This document shows, in pieces, positions 40,052-48,678 of a DNA stretch of 61,023 nt; positions within the stretch are counted from its first letter, which is position 1, and each line of letters opens with the position of its first letter. The stretch is from Vulcanimicrobiaceae bacterium (GTDB lineage: Bacteria; Vulcanimicrobiota; Vulcanimicrobiia; Vulcanimicrobiales; Vulcanimicrobiaceae), in NCBI GenBank assembly GCA_046262595.1, contig JBHEMM010000004.1, forward strand, positions 21,761 to 82,783, given 5' to 3'. Both the position numbers and the translations under genes were made by a program. Below the pieces are notes generated by a model. It worked only from the letters and a program-made list of their open reading frames with translations, did not search any database and was not told the origin of the DNA.

Positions 40052-40213
40052 CTAGGGCGCGTCGCACGGCGGATGACCGCATTTGCACGTGTCGGTTTCA
40101 ATGCCGCCGTCCTGAGCGTTCTTGCAGCTGAGGCTGCAATACGTCTCCGTGTTCATGTCCGCGGTGATCGTGCAGTTGCACAGGTCGTGAGCGCACTCCA
40201 TCGATTGTTGCAT
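40052..40213 (-). CDS. Bacterial metallothionein-like protein (53 aa)
   Basis: SD GAAAGGAG; MQQSMECAHDLCNCTITADMNTETYCSLSCKNAQDGGIETDTCKCGHPPCDAP, with 8 Cys, 2 His and YCS and CGH motifs. Confidence 0.85.
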   Translation of the reverse strand: MQQSMECAHDLCNCTITADMNTETYCSLSCKNAQDGGIETDTCKCGHPPCDAP

Positions 40214-40231
40214 GCTGCTCCTTTCCCGTTT

Positions 40232-41011
40232 TTACGGGCTATTGATCACGGCTCCGCCCGCGACTTGCCCGGACGGACCGGTCCCGGCGTTTTGCGTCCA
40301 CGGCGGCGAAGGCTGGGCTGTCCACGCCAAGTTGAAGCTTTGCGTCACGTCGAGGCCCGGATTGCCGTCGGGGAACTGAAAGGTCGTGTCGTTGACGCCT
40401 TGCTGCCCCGGCGCCCAGCTCGGTGTTCCGGCGGGCTGACCGTTTGCGCCGCCCTGCGGCGATGCGACGATCCAATTGATGTACCAGACGCCGCCGGGGC
40501 CGTTCGCCGGAGGCGGCGTTGCATTGGCGATCTGCACGCCGTCGAATATGCGGCGGTTGATCGTCAGGCAAAACTGCATCTGATTGCCGTCGCAGTTGGG
40601 ATTGATCACAATATCGACGTTCGGAATGAACGGCGCCTGGATCGCCACCTTCTGCGTGCCGTTCACCGTACTTTGCGTTTGGAATTGCCAAAAGGCAACT
40701 TGCACGGGACTGCTCGCATTCGGCTGACCCACGACCATTTCAAAGTCCCAGTTGCGGTAGTTCTGCAGTTGCGTCCCGTAGGTCGCGTACGGCTCGCAGT
40801 TTTGCGGCACATCGGTGCAAAACAGATCGAAAGCAAGAACGTACCGGTTGTTCACGAAATCGAGCTGGGCTTGCGTCGAATATTTAATTTGCATCTGCCC
40901 TGCATGCAGCCCGTTCGCGCCCGTGTCCGCCCGGTTCGGCGTCACCTGCCGCCCGCACGAGGTTAACGTGAGCGCAAGCGCACACACCACCAGCATCAGA
41001 TTCCGGACCAT
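40232..41011 (-). CDS. Hypothetical lipoprotein
   Basis: SD GGAGG, lipobox LTSC, beta-rich Q/N/P composition. Confidence 0.8.
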   Translation of the reverse strand: MVRNLMLVVCALALTLTSCGRQVTPNRADTGANGLHAGQMQIKYSTQAQLDFVNNRYVLAFDLFCTDVPQNCEPYATYGTQLQNYRNWDFEMVVGQPNASSPVQVAFWQFQTQSTVNGTQKVAIQAPFIPNVDIVINPNCDGNQMQFCLTINRRIFDGVQIANATPPPANGPGGVWYINWIVASPQGGANGQPAGTPSWAPGQQGVNDTTFQFPDGNPGLDVTQSFNLAWTAQPSPPWTQNAGTGPSGQVAGGAVINSP

Positions 41012-42581
41012 CGCTACCTCCGTTCGTGCAACCGAACTGCTCGTTTGCCTCTTCGGCGCAATCGCGCTTGCGTTTGCGCTGCCCAAGGCCGGTCAGGCGT
41101 GGCTGGCGCCGCTCGGGGCGGCGGCCCTGTTCTGGGCATGGCAACGTCTGTCCTACAAACGCGCGTTCTTCGCGGGTTGGTTCGCCGGGGCGGTGTATTT
41201 CGGCATCGGCTACAGCTGGATCACCTATACGGTGGGCAGCTACGTGGGAATCTTCGCGTTTGCAATCGTCGTCATTCCAGCAGCGGTGCACGCGCTGACG
41301 TTCGCGTTCACCGCGCTTGCCACGCGCCTTGCCGCACGCCATGCCCCCGCTTGGCTTGTCCCGCTTGCGTTCGCAGCGGCGTTCACGGTCTTCGAGTGGT
41401 GGCGATCGATCGGCGTGATCGGCATTCCCTTCGCGCAAGTGGGCTACTCGCAAACCGGCACGCTGTTGGGCGTCTACGCCGCGTACGCCGGCGCATTCGG
41501 CGTGACGTTCGCCGTCATGGGTATCGGCGCGTACGCCGCATACGCGATCGCTTCCCGGACCGTTCGCGCCCTCGCAGCAGCTGCCGCGGTACTCGCGGCC
41601 AGCTGGAGCCTCTGCTTCCTTTTTTGGCCGGCGCGCCATGCAGCACCGCCGCGCATGCGCGTTGCCGTCGTGCAAGGCAACATTCCCCAGTCGCTCAAAG
41701 CGGAAAACTTGGATCTGGCGGTTTCCCGCTACACCGCCATGACGCTGCGGCTCGAGGCATTGCGCCCGGCATTGATTGTGTGGCCCGAGACGGTGATTCT
41801 CACCGAACTGAACGAATCGCCCGCGTATTTCGATTGGCAAGCCGGAACGCCGCAGCAGCGTGCGCGGATGCAATCGCTCATCGCGGCGGATCGGTCGCTT
41901 TTCGGACGCTTTGGACAGCTCGCCGTCCGTGTGCGCAGCACGCTCATGGTCGGCAGCCTGGATCGTCATTACGGGCCGGAGGGCCTCAAAAGCTACAACG
42001 CCGTCTACACGTACGCACCCAGCGGCGTGCTGCAAGATGTTTATGACAAACGCCAGCTCGTGCCGTTTGCCGAATCGCTTCCCGCGCCGGCACTTTTTTC
42101 CCATCTGCCATACGCGGATCTGATCGGCCGGTACGGCCACGGCACCGACGACACCGTCATCACGGTGGACGGCATGCGCTTCGCACCGCTCATCTGCTGG
42201 GAATCGGCATTTGCCGATATCGTTCACGCGCGGCTGCAAAAGGGTGCGCAAGTGCTCGTGATACCGACGGATGATGCGTGGTTCGGCCCAAGCTCGGGCA
42301 CATACCAACACGCGCAAATCGCGCAGATGCGTGCGATCGAATCGGGCGAATGGGTCGTGCAGGCGGCCTCGACCGGCGTAAGCGGCATCATTTCGCCTGC
42401 AGGGCGCTGGACCGAAAGTTCGCCCGTGGGAAAACAAACGGTCGTCGTGGGCAATGTGGGACAGCCGACCGGATCCGTATTCGCGCGCATCGGCCCGACG
42501 CCGGTCGGAGTTGCGATGATGCTGCTGTACGCTGCGATCGCCGGTTTGAGCGCGCTTCGCGCCCGGATTCGCAATGCGTAG
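40968..42581 (+). CDS. lnt: Apolipoprotein N-acyltransferase (start uncertain)
   Basis: VQGNI, VWPE, YDKRQLVPFAE, LICWES, NDAWF-like TDDAWF, QMRAIE. Confidence 0.95.
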   Translation: MSASAHTTSIRFRTIATSVRATELLVCLFGAIALAFALPKAGQAWLAPLGAAALFWAWQRLSYKRAFFAGWFAGAVYFGIGYSWITYTVGSYVGIFAFAIVVIPAAVHALTFAFTALATRLAARHAPAWLVPLAFAAAFTVFEWWRSIGVIGIPFAQVGYSQTGTLLGVYAAYAGAFGVTFAVMGIGAYAAYAIASRTVRALAAAAAVLAASWSLCFLFWPARHAAPPRMRVAVVQGNIPQSLKAENLDLAVSRYTAMTLRLEALRPALIVWPETVILTELNESPAYFDWQAGTPQQRARMQSLIAADRSLFGRFGQLAVRVRSTLMVGSLDRHYGPEGLKSYNAVYTYAPSGVLQDVYDKRQLVPFAESLPAPALFSHLPYADLIGRYGHGTDDTVITVDGMRFAPLICWESAFADIVHARLQKGAQVLVIPTDDAWFGPSSGTYQHAQIAQMRAIESGEWVVQAASTGVSGIISPAGRWTESSPVGKQTVVVGNVGQPTGSVFARIGPTPVGVAMMLLYAAIAGLSALRARIRNA

Positions 42582-43143
42582 AAAGTTGAATTGGAAGTTT
42601 TTAGGTTTCGGCGTGGGCGCCGCGCTGCTGCTTTACGTCATCATCGGCATCGTCCTTGCGGGACGCGAGCCGGCGCCGCCGCCGCCCGGATCGGAACCGA
42701 TCGTTCTCATGGGCTGCAAAGGCATCGGCAACCGCATCAGTACGCGTTCGTGGAGTTTCCAGTGCAAACGCGCGACGATGTCGGCGGATGGCGTGAATGC
42801 CACGATCGAAGGCGTGCACGACGGTGTGCTGTACAAGAAGGGCAAACCGTATCTCAAACTTTCGGCGAAGGAAGTGGCGATCAATACCCAGTCATTCGAT
42901 TTCAACGCGATCGGCACGGTTCACATTGAAACGATATCCTCGAACGACGGAACGACGCGAACGTTCGAAACGGATCTCGTGCAGTGGACGAACGCGACGA
43001 AACTACTGCTCCTGTCTCATCCGAGCATCATCCGCACCGGCGATCAGGTGCTTAAGGTGACGAACATGAGCATCGATTTCAGTAAAGATGAAGTGCACTT
43101 AGGAAAGATCGAGGGCGGCTTGCAAGCTCCCGGCATTCCGTGA
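42574..43143 (+). CDS. LptC-like periplasmic beta-jellyroll protein
   Basis: One N-terminal TM; WSFQCKRA, LSAKE, GTVHIE, FETDLVQW pattern; overlaps the lnt stop. Confidence 0.65.
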   Translation: MRRKLNWKFLGFGVGAALLLYVIIGIVLAGREPAPPPPGSEPIVLMGCKGIGNRISTRSWSFQCKRATMSADGVNATIEGVHDGVLYKKGKPYLKLSAKEVAINTQSFDFNAIGTVHIETISSNDGTTRTFETDLVQWTNATKLLLLSHPSIIRTGDQVLKVTNMSIDFSKDEVHLGKIEGGLQAPGIP

Positions 43144-43640
43144 GCCGCCGCCGCATCGCGGCGCTCGCCGCGCTGGCCCTCGCCGCATGCGCCGCTCCTG
43201 CGCACGCGCCCCGGCCTTCACCCTCGCCGCTGCCGATGCTCATCGAATCGCGCGGCATCGTGATGCCGCTGGCGCAAGCGCGCGCGAACATCGCGTTCGC
43301 GCCGTTCATTCCGCCGGGCCGGGTCCTCGCCGTTGCCGCAATTCCTCCGCTGGGCGGATCGGACAGCAGGCGAACCCACGGCATCGCGCTGGAATACGAA
43401 AAAACGGGCCGCCGTATGCTGCTCTCGCAGTGGCCTCTTGGCGAGCTGAGAATCAACGCTGCTGGTTGGGACGCCGTCCACCGTCCGTGCGCCCCCATCG
43501 CCTTCAAGGCCGACGGCCTTTTGTGGGCGACTCGCAACGGACTGGTGATGACGCTGCAGCCTGACGGGGCTGTTTCCGGCCCGCATCTGGCGAGCGAATC
43601 GCGAGGGCTGCTGGGTGCCTCGCACTGTTTGCGGCGCTAG
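43140..43640 (+). CDS. Hypothetical lipoprotein
   Basis: GTGA overlap with the upstream gene; MSRRRIAALAALALAAC lipobox. Confidence 0.7.
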   Translation: MSRRRIAALAALALAACAAPAHAPRPSPSPLPMLIESRGIVMPLAQARANIAFAPFIPPGRVLAVAAIPPLGGSDSRRTHGIALEYEKTGRRMLLSQWPLGELRINAAGWDAVHRPCAPIAFKADGLLWATRNGLVMTLQPDGAVSGPHLASESRGLLGASHCLRR

Positions 43641-43975
43641 GGCTTCTTTGCTTTCGCTTCGTCAGCCGCTATCTGTTTTTTCGCATCCTCGATCAGCTTT
43701 TTGACTTTCTGACCGCCCTTGTGGCCGATTTCCTCGTAGAAGTCGGCGCCGTATTTTTCTTTGACGACTTTTCCGCCTTTTTGTCCGATGGACTCGTAGA
43801 ACTCGACGCCGTGGCGTTCTCGCGTTGCCTGGCCGCCCTTGCGCCCGATTTCTTCATAAAAGCCGGACCCGTAACGGTCGCGGACCGTGTTGCCGCCCTT
43901 CTTGCCGGCCTCGCGCACGGACATCTCGCCACCCGGCTCCTTGTCCTGCGGTTCGCCTTTGGTGGGTTTTGCCAT
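43637..43975 (-). CDS. KGG-repeat general stress protein (GsiB/YciG-like), 4 repeats
   Basis: EAGKKGG, FYEEIGRKGG, FYESIGQKGG, FYEEIGHKGG at 20-aa period. Confidence 0.92.
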   Translation of the reverse strand: MAKPTKGEPQDKEPGGEMSVREAGKKGGNTVRDRYGSGFYEEIGRKGGQATRERHGVEFYESIGQKGGKVVKEKYGADFYEEIGHKGGQKVKKLIEDAKKQIAADEAKAKKP

Positions 43976-44012
43976 TAGGTTGACCCCGGAGACTTTCTAG
44001 AGAATTGAACGA

Positions 44013-44231
44013 TTAGGGTGTCTTGCGTTTGAGTTTCTGGCCGCCTTTTTGGCCGATGACCTCGTAAAATGAGGGACCGTACTTTTCCTTGGTCGCTTCC
44101 CCGCCTTTGCGACCAATGGCCTCATAAAACTCCGTGCCGTATTTCGCTTTGACGCGATCTCCGCCGCGCTTGCCTGCTTCGCGTACAGTCATGCCCCCAC
44201 CGGGGCCCTGCGTTTCGTCTTGCATTGCCAT
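44013..44231 (-). CDS. KGG-repeat general stress protein, 3 repeats
   Basis: EAGKRGG, FYEAIGRKGG, FYEVIGQKGG. Confidence 0.92.
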   Translation of the reverse strand: MAMQDETQGPGGGMTVREAGKRGGDRVKAKYGTEFYEAIGRKGGEATKEKYGPSFYEVIGQKGGQKLKRKTP

Positions 44232-44273
44232 ACCTGATTTCGCACCTCGAAGTGAGAAGGATTCACCGACTAA

Positions 44274-44298
44274 ATACCCACTCGACCGCTTGTTAAAC
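44274..44298 (-). promoter_or_regulatory. sigmaB-type promoter
   Basis: GTTTAA-N13-GGGTAT, identical to the B. subtilis sigmaB consensus, upstream of the KGG genes. Confidence 0.75.
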
Positions 44299-44324
44299 GA
44301 AGCAGCGGACAGGACTATCGCTCG

Positions 44325-45905
44325 ATGATTACGACGCTACTGCACAATGCGACCATTATTGACGGCACGGGCCGCCCGCCTTACACGACGGATGTGGCTA
44401 TCGCCGGCGATCGAATCGCGCTTATCGGCGATCTTTCCCAACGCGACGCCGGCAAACACCTCGACTGCACGGGAAAGACGCTCGCGCCGGGCTTCATCGA
44501 CGTGCATTCCCACAGCGACGAGCTGTGGCTCGCGCTGCCGCGTTGCGACGGCAAGATCGCGCAGGGCGTAACCACCGAAATCGGCGGCAATTGCGGCATG
44601 TCGGCAGCGCCGTTGTCAGGCCCCGGGCTCGATCGCATGCGCCGTCACGCGCAGCATCTGCGCATGAGCGTCGATTGGCAGTCGCTCGATGCGTTCTTCG
44701 CGCTGATCGAACGGCAAGGCGTCGCGCTCAACGTCGCGACGCTCGTGGGTTTGGGAACGACGCGTCAGACCGTCGCGGGCGATTCGGAGCGCCGGCTGGA
44801 GCGCGAGGAGACCGAACTGCAGGCGCGCGCCGTTCTATTGGCGTGCGAGCAGGGCGCGCTCGGTGTCTCGAGCGGACTGATTTATCCGCCTTCGATGTAC
44901 GCGGACAGCGATGAGCTCGTCGCGATGGCGCGCGCGGCGCGCGAAGGCGGCGCGCCGCTGTATGCTTCGCACATACGTGATGAAGCCGACGGCGTAGTCG
45001 CGGCGATAGAAGAAGCACTGCTCGTCGGCGAACGCGCGAACGTAACGGTGCAGTGTTCGCACCACAAAGCGTCGGGCAAGCAAAACTGGGGCAAGGTGCA
45101 TCACACGCTCGAGCTCATGGATAGGGCTCGTTCGCGCGGCACAAACGTTTTCTGCGATGTGTATCCGTACACCGCAAGCTGGACCGGGCTCTCGACCATC
45201 TTACCGGAAAGCGCACATTTCGGCGGCGCCGCCGCGACACTCGAGCGGTTGGCGGATCCGCAGCAGGCGGCGTCGATCGCTCTGCATCTGCATCTCAAGC
45301 AGCAAGGCAATTGGCACGACATTTTGATCACCGAGGTCGGCAGCGAGAAGAACCACGCGCTGGCCGGCATGCGCATGGACGAGATCGCCCGCTCCTGGTT
45401 TTTGCCGCCGGCCTGGGCGGCAATCCGTCTGTTGCGTGAAGAAGCGCTCGAAGTGGGCGCGATTTTCTTCAAAATGAGCGAAGACGACGTCGCGACCGTG
45501 CTTTCGGCCGCTTTCTGCTGCATCGGCAGCGACGCATCGGCGCGCGCGCTGCGCGGTCCCACCGCGCGCGGTGTTCCGCACCCGCGCACGTTCGGCACGT
45601 TCCCGCGCGTTTTCGGACGCTTCGTGCGTCAGCGGAAAACGATCGAGATCGTCGAAGCGGTGCGCCGCATGACCTCCCTGCCGGCTGCTATCTTCGGTTT
45701 GCGCGATCGCGGCTCGATCGAACCCGGACGGTTTGCCGATCTCGTTCTTTTCGAGGCCGGCGCTATCGCCGACACCGCGACATACGACGATCCGTTTCAA
45801 TTTCCAAAAGGCATCGCGCACGTTTTTGTCAACGGAGAAGCGGTGCTGCAGGACGGCGAATTTACAACCGCGCTGCCCGGGCGCGTGCTGCGCGGCGGAG
45901 GTTAA
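44325..45905 (+). CDS. N-acyl-D-amino-acid deacylase (D-aminoacylase)
   Basis: PGFIDVHSHSD, GNCG, SHIRDE, IGSD, HPRTFGTFPRV, ADLVLF. Confidence 0.93.
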   Translation: MITTLLHNATIIDGTGRPPYTTDVAIAGDRIALIGDLSQRDAGKHLDCTGKTLAPGFIDVHSHSDELWLALPRCDGKIAQGVTTEIGGNCGMSAAPLSGPGLDRMRRHAQHLRMSVDWQSLDAFFALIERQGVALNVATLVGLGTTRQTVAGDSERRLEREETELQARAVLLACEQGALGVSSGLIYPPSMYADSDELVAMARAAREGGAPLYASHIRDEADGVVAAIEEALLVGERANVTVQCSHHKASGKQNWGKVHHTLELMDRARSRGTNVFCDVYPYTASWTGLSTILPESAHFGGAAATLERLADPQQAASIALHLHLKQQGNWHDILITEVGSEKNHALAGMRMDEIARSWFLPPAWAAIRLLREEALEVGAIFFKMSEDDVATVLSAAFCCIGSDASARALRGPTARGVPHPRTFGTFPRVFGRFVRQRKTIEIVEAVRRMTSLPAAIFGLRDRGSIEPGRFADLVLFEAGAIADTATYDDPFQFPKGIAHVFVNGEAVLQDGEFTTALPGRVLRGGG

Positions 45906-45999
45906 GCGTGGTTACGCGCGCCGGGCAAGCATGTTTAAGCGCACGCCGCGGATGGGCATACTGTCCGTGCAAGAGAATCCAGAGGAGTAGTCCATTGGC

Positions 46000-46623
46000 T
46001 TAGCTTGAAAAAGGACCGGGCGTTTCGTCCGGTCCTTTGCTTGTTTGCAAAAGCAACGCACCGTACACTTCTGCGGTGCGCGCCTTGAGGTGCGCCAGGT
46101 CGCCGTCGTTTTCGATGACGTACGTCGCACGTCCCCGCGCCTGCGCAGGATCGATCTGGGAAACCATGCGCGCGCGGATCTGCGCCTCGCTCCAGCCGTC
46201 GCGTTTTGCGACGCGCCGTATCCGCATGTCGTCCGGAGCGATCACCACGATATTCGCACCGGTCCGCGCGTCGTAGCCCGTCTCGAACAGCAGCGGCACC
46301 ACGTGCACGACGATCTGGCCGGGTCTAGCATATGTTTCTTGCGCGGCCGCAAGCCGGCGCACGTGCGGATGCACGATGCCGTTTAAGCGCTCGCGCGCGC
46401 CCGCATCGCGAAAAACGATGTCGGCCAGCGCGGGCCGGTCCAGATTGTCGTTGCGCACGACGCCCGGCCACGCGCGCGCTATCTCGCGCAGGGCATCGCT
46501 GCCCGGGCAGACCGCTTCGCGGGCAAGACGGTCCGTGTCGATGATGAACGCGCCCAGCTCCTGCAGCAGGCGCGCAACCTCGCTTTTGCCCGAACCGATT
46601 CCGCCCGTCAATCCTACTCGCAT
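46000..46623 (-). CDS. coaE: Dephospho-CoA kinase
   Basis: VGLTGGIGSGKS, LNGIVHP, VPLLFE. Confidence 0.97.
   Translation of the reverse strand: MRVGLTGGIGSGKSEVARLLQELGAFIIDTDRLAREAVCPGSDALREIARAWPGVVRNDNLDRPALADIVFRDAGARERLNGIVHPHVRRLAAAQETYARPGQIVVHVVPLLFETGYDARTGANIVVIAPDDMRIRRVAKRDGWSEAQIRARMVSQIDPAQARGRATYVIENDGDLAHLKARTAEVYGALLLQTSKGPDETPGPFSS
46008..46046. terminator. Intrinsic terminator-like hairpin inside the coaE 3' end
   Basis: AAAGGACCGGGCG-ttt-CGTCCGGTCCTTT with T-rich tails on both strands. Confidence 0.7.
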
Positions 46624-46662
46624 AAAAAGAGAGCGTCACGTTTCGACGTGACGCCCTCTTTT
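46624..46662 (-). terminator. Terminator after rpsA
   Basis: AAGAGGGCGTCACGT-cgaa-ACGTGACGCTCTCTT plus TTT on the minus strand. Confidence 0.85.
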
Positions 46663-46679
46663 ACTCTCGAAGCAGCCCG

Positions 46680-47813
46680 TTATGGAACGGTAGGCTCGAT
46701 ATCGTCTTCCACGACAAGCTTTTCGATCTCCTCAAGCGGCACGTCGGCGACGTGCTGGATCGAGGCGGTGATGCGGCGCGTCTGATGATTGATCGTAAGC
46801 AGCGTCACCTCGACGTCCTGTCCGGGGCTGAACTGCGCGGACGGGTCGAACTCGCCCTTGGGAACCATCGCCAGCACGCCGGGGACGATTTCCACCAGAA
46901 GATAGTTCGGCGTCACCTTGACCACTTGCGCGGTCAATTTGTTCGTTTCGTACAACTTGTCCGCGTGCTCGTCCCACGGATCGGGCAGCGTGTGTTTGAG
47001 TGAAAGGCTGACCTTCTTTGCGTCGGCGTCGAACTTCATGATCTCGACGTTGACGACGTCTCCAATCTTGACCACTTCCGACGGATGCTTGATGCGCGCA
47101 TAGCTCAGTTCGCTATTGTGAATCAATCCGTCGATGCCGCCGAGGTCTACGAATGCGCCGAACTCGGCAAGCCGTACGACCACGCCTTCACGGATCTGGC
47201 CGACCTCGAGCGTTCCCAGCAGCTCTTGCTTCTTCGCGTTCAGTTCTTCTTCGAGAACCAAACGCTGCGAGAGCACAACGCGGTGACGCTTATGGTCGAG
47301 GTCGATCACTTTCAAGCGCAGCTTGCGCCCGATCAGTTCGTCCAAATTGCCGACGGGCTGACGCCGGATCTGCGATGCGGGCACGAAGCCACGCATTCCG
47401 AGATCCACCAAAACGCCGCCCTTGACGACTTGCGTGACCGTTGCTTCGATCACTTCGTCGTTTTCGTGCGCTTCGATGACTTTCTCCCACGTCTTGAGGG
47501 CGCGGGCGCGCCGTTCGGAGAGAAAAAGCGTACCGTCTTGATCGTCGATGCGATGGATCATCACTTCGAGCGTATCGTTGACCTTGAGCTCTTTGGGCTC
47601 GACCGCCAGCGAAAGCTCGCGGAACGGCAATACGCCTTCCGATTTGCCGCCGATGTCGACGAGTAGTTCGTCCTGGTATTTGGCAACGATGATGCCGGTC
47701 AGGACTTGTCCTTCATCCAGGACCTTGAGCGAGTCTTCGTACAGGCGCTGCTCGAGTGCGAGCTGATCTTCTTCTTCTTCAGGCTGCACGGGAGCGATAT
47801 CAGTGGTAGAGAT
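46680..47813 (-). CDS. rpsA: Ribosomal protein S1 (short, about 4 S1 domains)
   Basis: VDIGGKSEG, RGFVPASQI, FGAFVDLGGIDGLIHNSEL, SLSLK...DPW; start ATC 47813 or GTG 47789. Confidence 0.95.
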   Translation of the reverse strand: MSTTDIAPVQPEEEEDQLALEQRLYEDSLKVLDEGQVLTGIIVAKYQDELLVDIGGKSEGVLPFRELSLAVEPKELKVNDTLEVMIHRIDDQDGTLFLSERRARALKTWEKVIEAHENDEVIEATVTQVVKGGVLVDLGMRGFVPASQIRRQPVGNLDELIGRKLRLKVIDLDHKRHRVVLSQRLVLEEELNAKKQELLGTLEVGQIREGVVVRLAEFGAFVDLGGIDGLIHNSELSYARIKHPSEVVKIGDVVNVEIMKFDADAKKVSLSLKHTLPDPWDEHADKLYETNKLTAQVVKVTPNYLLVEIVPGVLAMVPKGEFDPSAQFSPGQDVEVTLLTINHQTRRITASIQHVADVPLEEIEKLVVEDDIEPTVP

Positions 47814-47857
47814 TGTTAAATTCCTAGCCTTTCAAATCTTTTTACTCTTACGGATGT

Positions 47858-48670
47858 CTATTTTTGATGCTTGCGGCACCACCAGGTGCCGCGGCCGGCG
47901 AGGACGGTTCGTACAACCGTTCCACCGCAGCGCGAACATTTTTTGCCCGCTTTCCCGTAGACCGAAAGCACGTTTTGAAAACCGCCTTTGAGTCCGCCGG
48001 CATCAACGTAGTCATCGATGCTGCTGCCGCGCAGCTTTACCGCGCGGTTTAAAACGTCGACGAGAGCGTGATGCAGCCGGCGTGCAGCCGGCTTGCTCAG
48101 TGAGCCCGCGGGACTGGCGGGTCGTATCCCCGCTTCCCACAATGCTTCGCAGGCATAAATGTTACCGATGCCTGCAATGCGCCGCTGGTCCAGGAGGAAA
48201 GCCTTGACCGGCGTCGTCCGCCCCGACAGCATAGCGATAAAGCGCTCTGGAGTAAAGCTTTTATCCAGGGGCTCGGGCCCGAGCGCCTGGTCCCAAGGCT
48301 CTTCCGGTTCCACCAGACGCATCCGCCCAAATTGCCGCACATCGGCGAACACCAAACGGCCGCCGCCGTGAAAGGCCAGCGTCACGTACCCGTAGGGATA
48401 CGGCTCATCGCCTGCCTGGAGGGCGACAAGGCGACCCGTCATGCGTAAACTCACGACCAGCGAGCGCCCCGAACCCAACCCGATCACCGCGTATTTGCCG
48501 CGGCGCGCGAGACGCGCGATCCGCTCCCCGCAAACGGCCTCTTCAAAGATGATTCCGGCGGGCGCCTGCGCCATCTTCGGCAGCGTGACCGCCGCCGAGG
48601 CGATCGTTTTACCGGAGATCGCTTTGCGCAGGCCACGCACGATCGTTTCGACTTCGGGCAGCTCGGGCAT
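47858..48670 (-). CDS. mutM: Formamidopyrimidine-DNA glycosylase
   Basis: MPELPEVE, RRGKY, LGPEP, AGIGNIY, C-terminal zinc finger. Confidence 0.97.
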   Translation of the reverse strand: MPELPEVETIVRGLRKAISGKTIASAAVTLPKMAQAPAGIIFEEAVCGERIARLARRGKYAVIGLGSGRSLVVSLRMTGRLVALQAGDEPYPYGYVTLAFHGGGRLVFADVRQFGRMRLVEPEEPWDQALGPEPLDKSFTPERFIAMLSGRTTPVKAFLLDQRRIAGIGNIYACEALWEAGIRPASPAGSLSKPAARRLHHALVDVLNRAVKLRGSSIDDYVDAGGLKGGFQNVLSVYGKAGKKCSRCGGTVVRTVLAGRGTWWCRKHQK

Positions 48671-48678
48671 CGCGCGCC

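Noticed and set aside
45912..45995. 27-aa minus-strand ORF after coaE
   Set aside because: No SD, lies downstream of a terminator-like hairpin, and has no distinctive composition.
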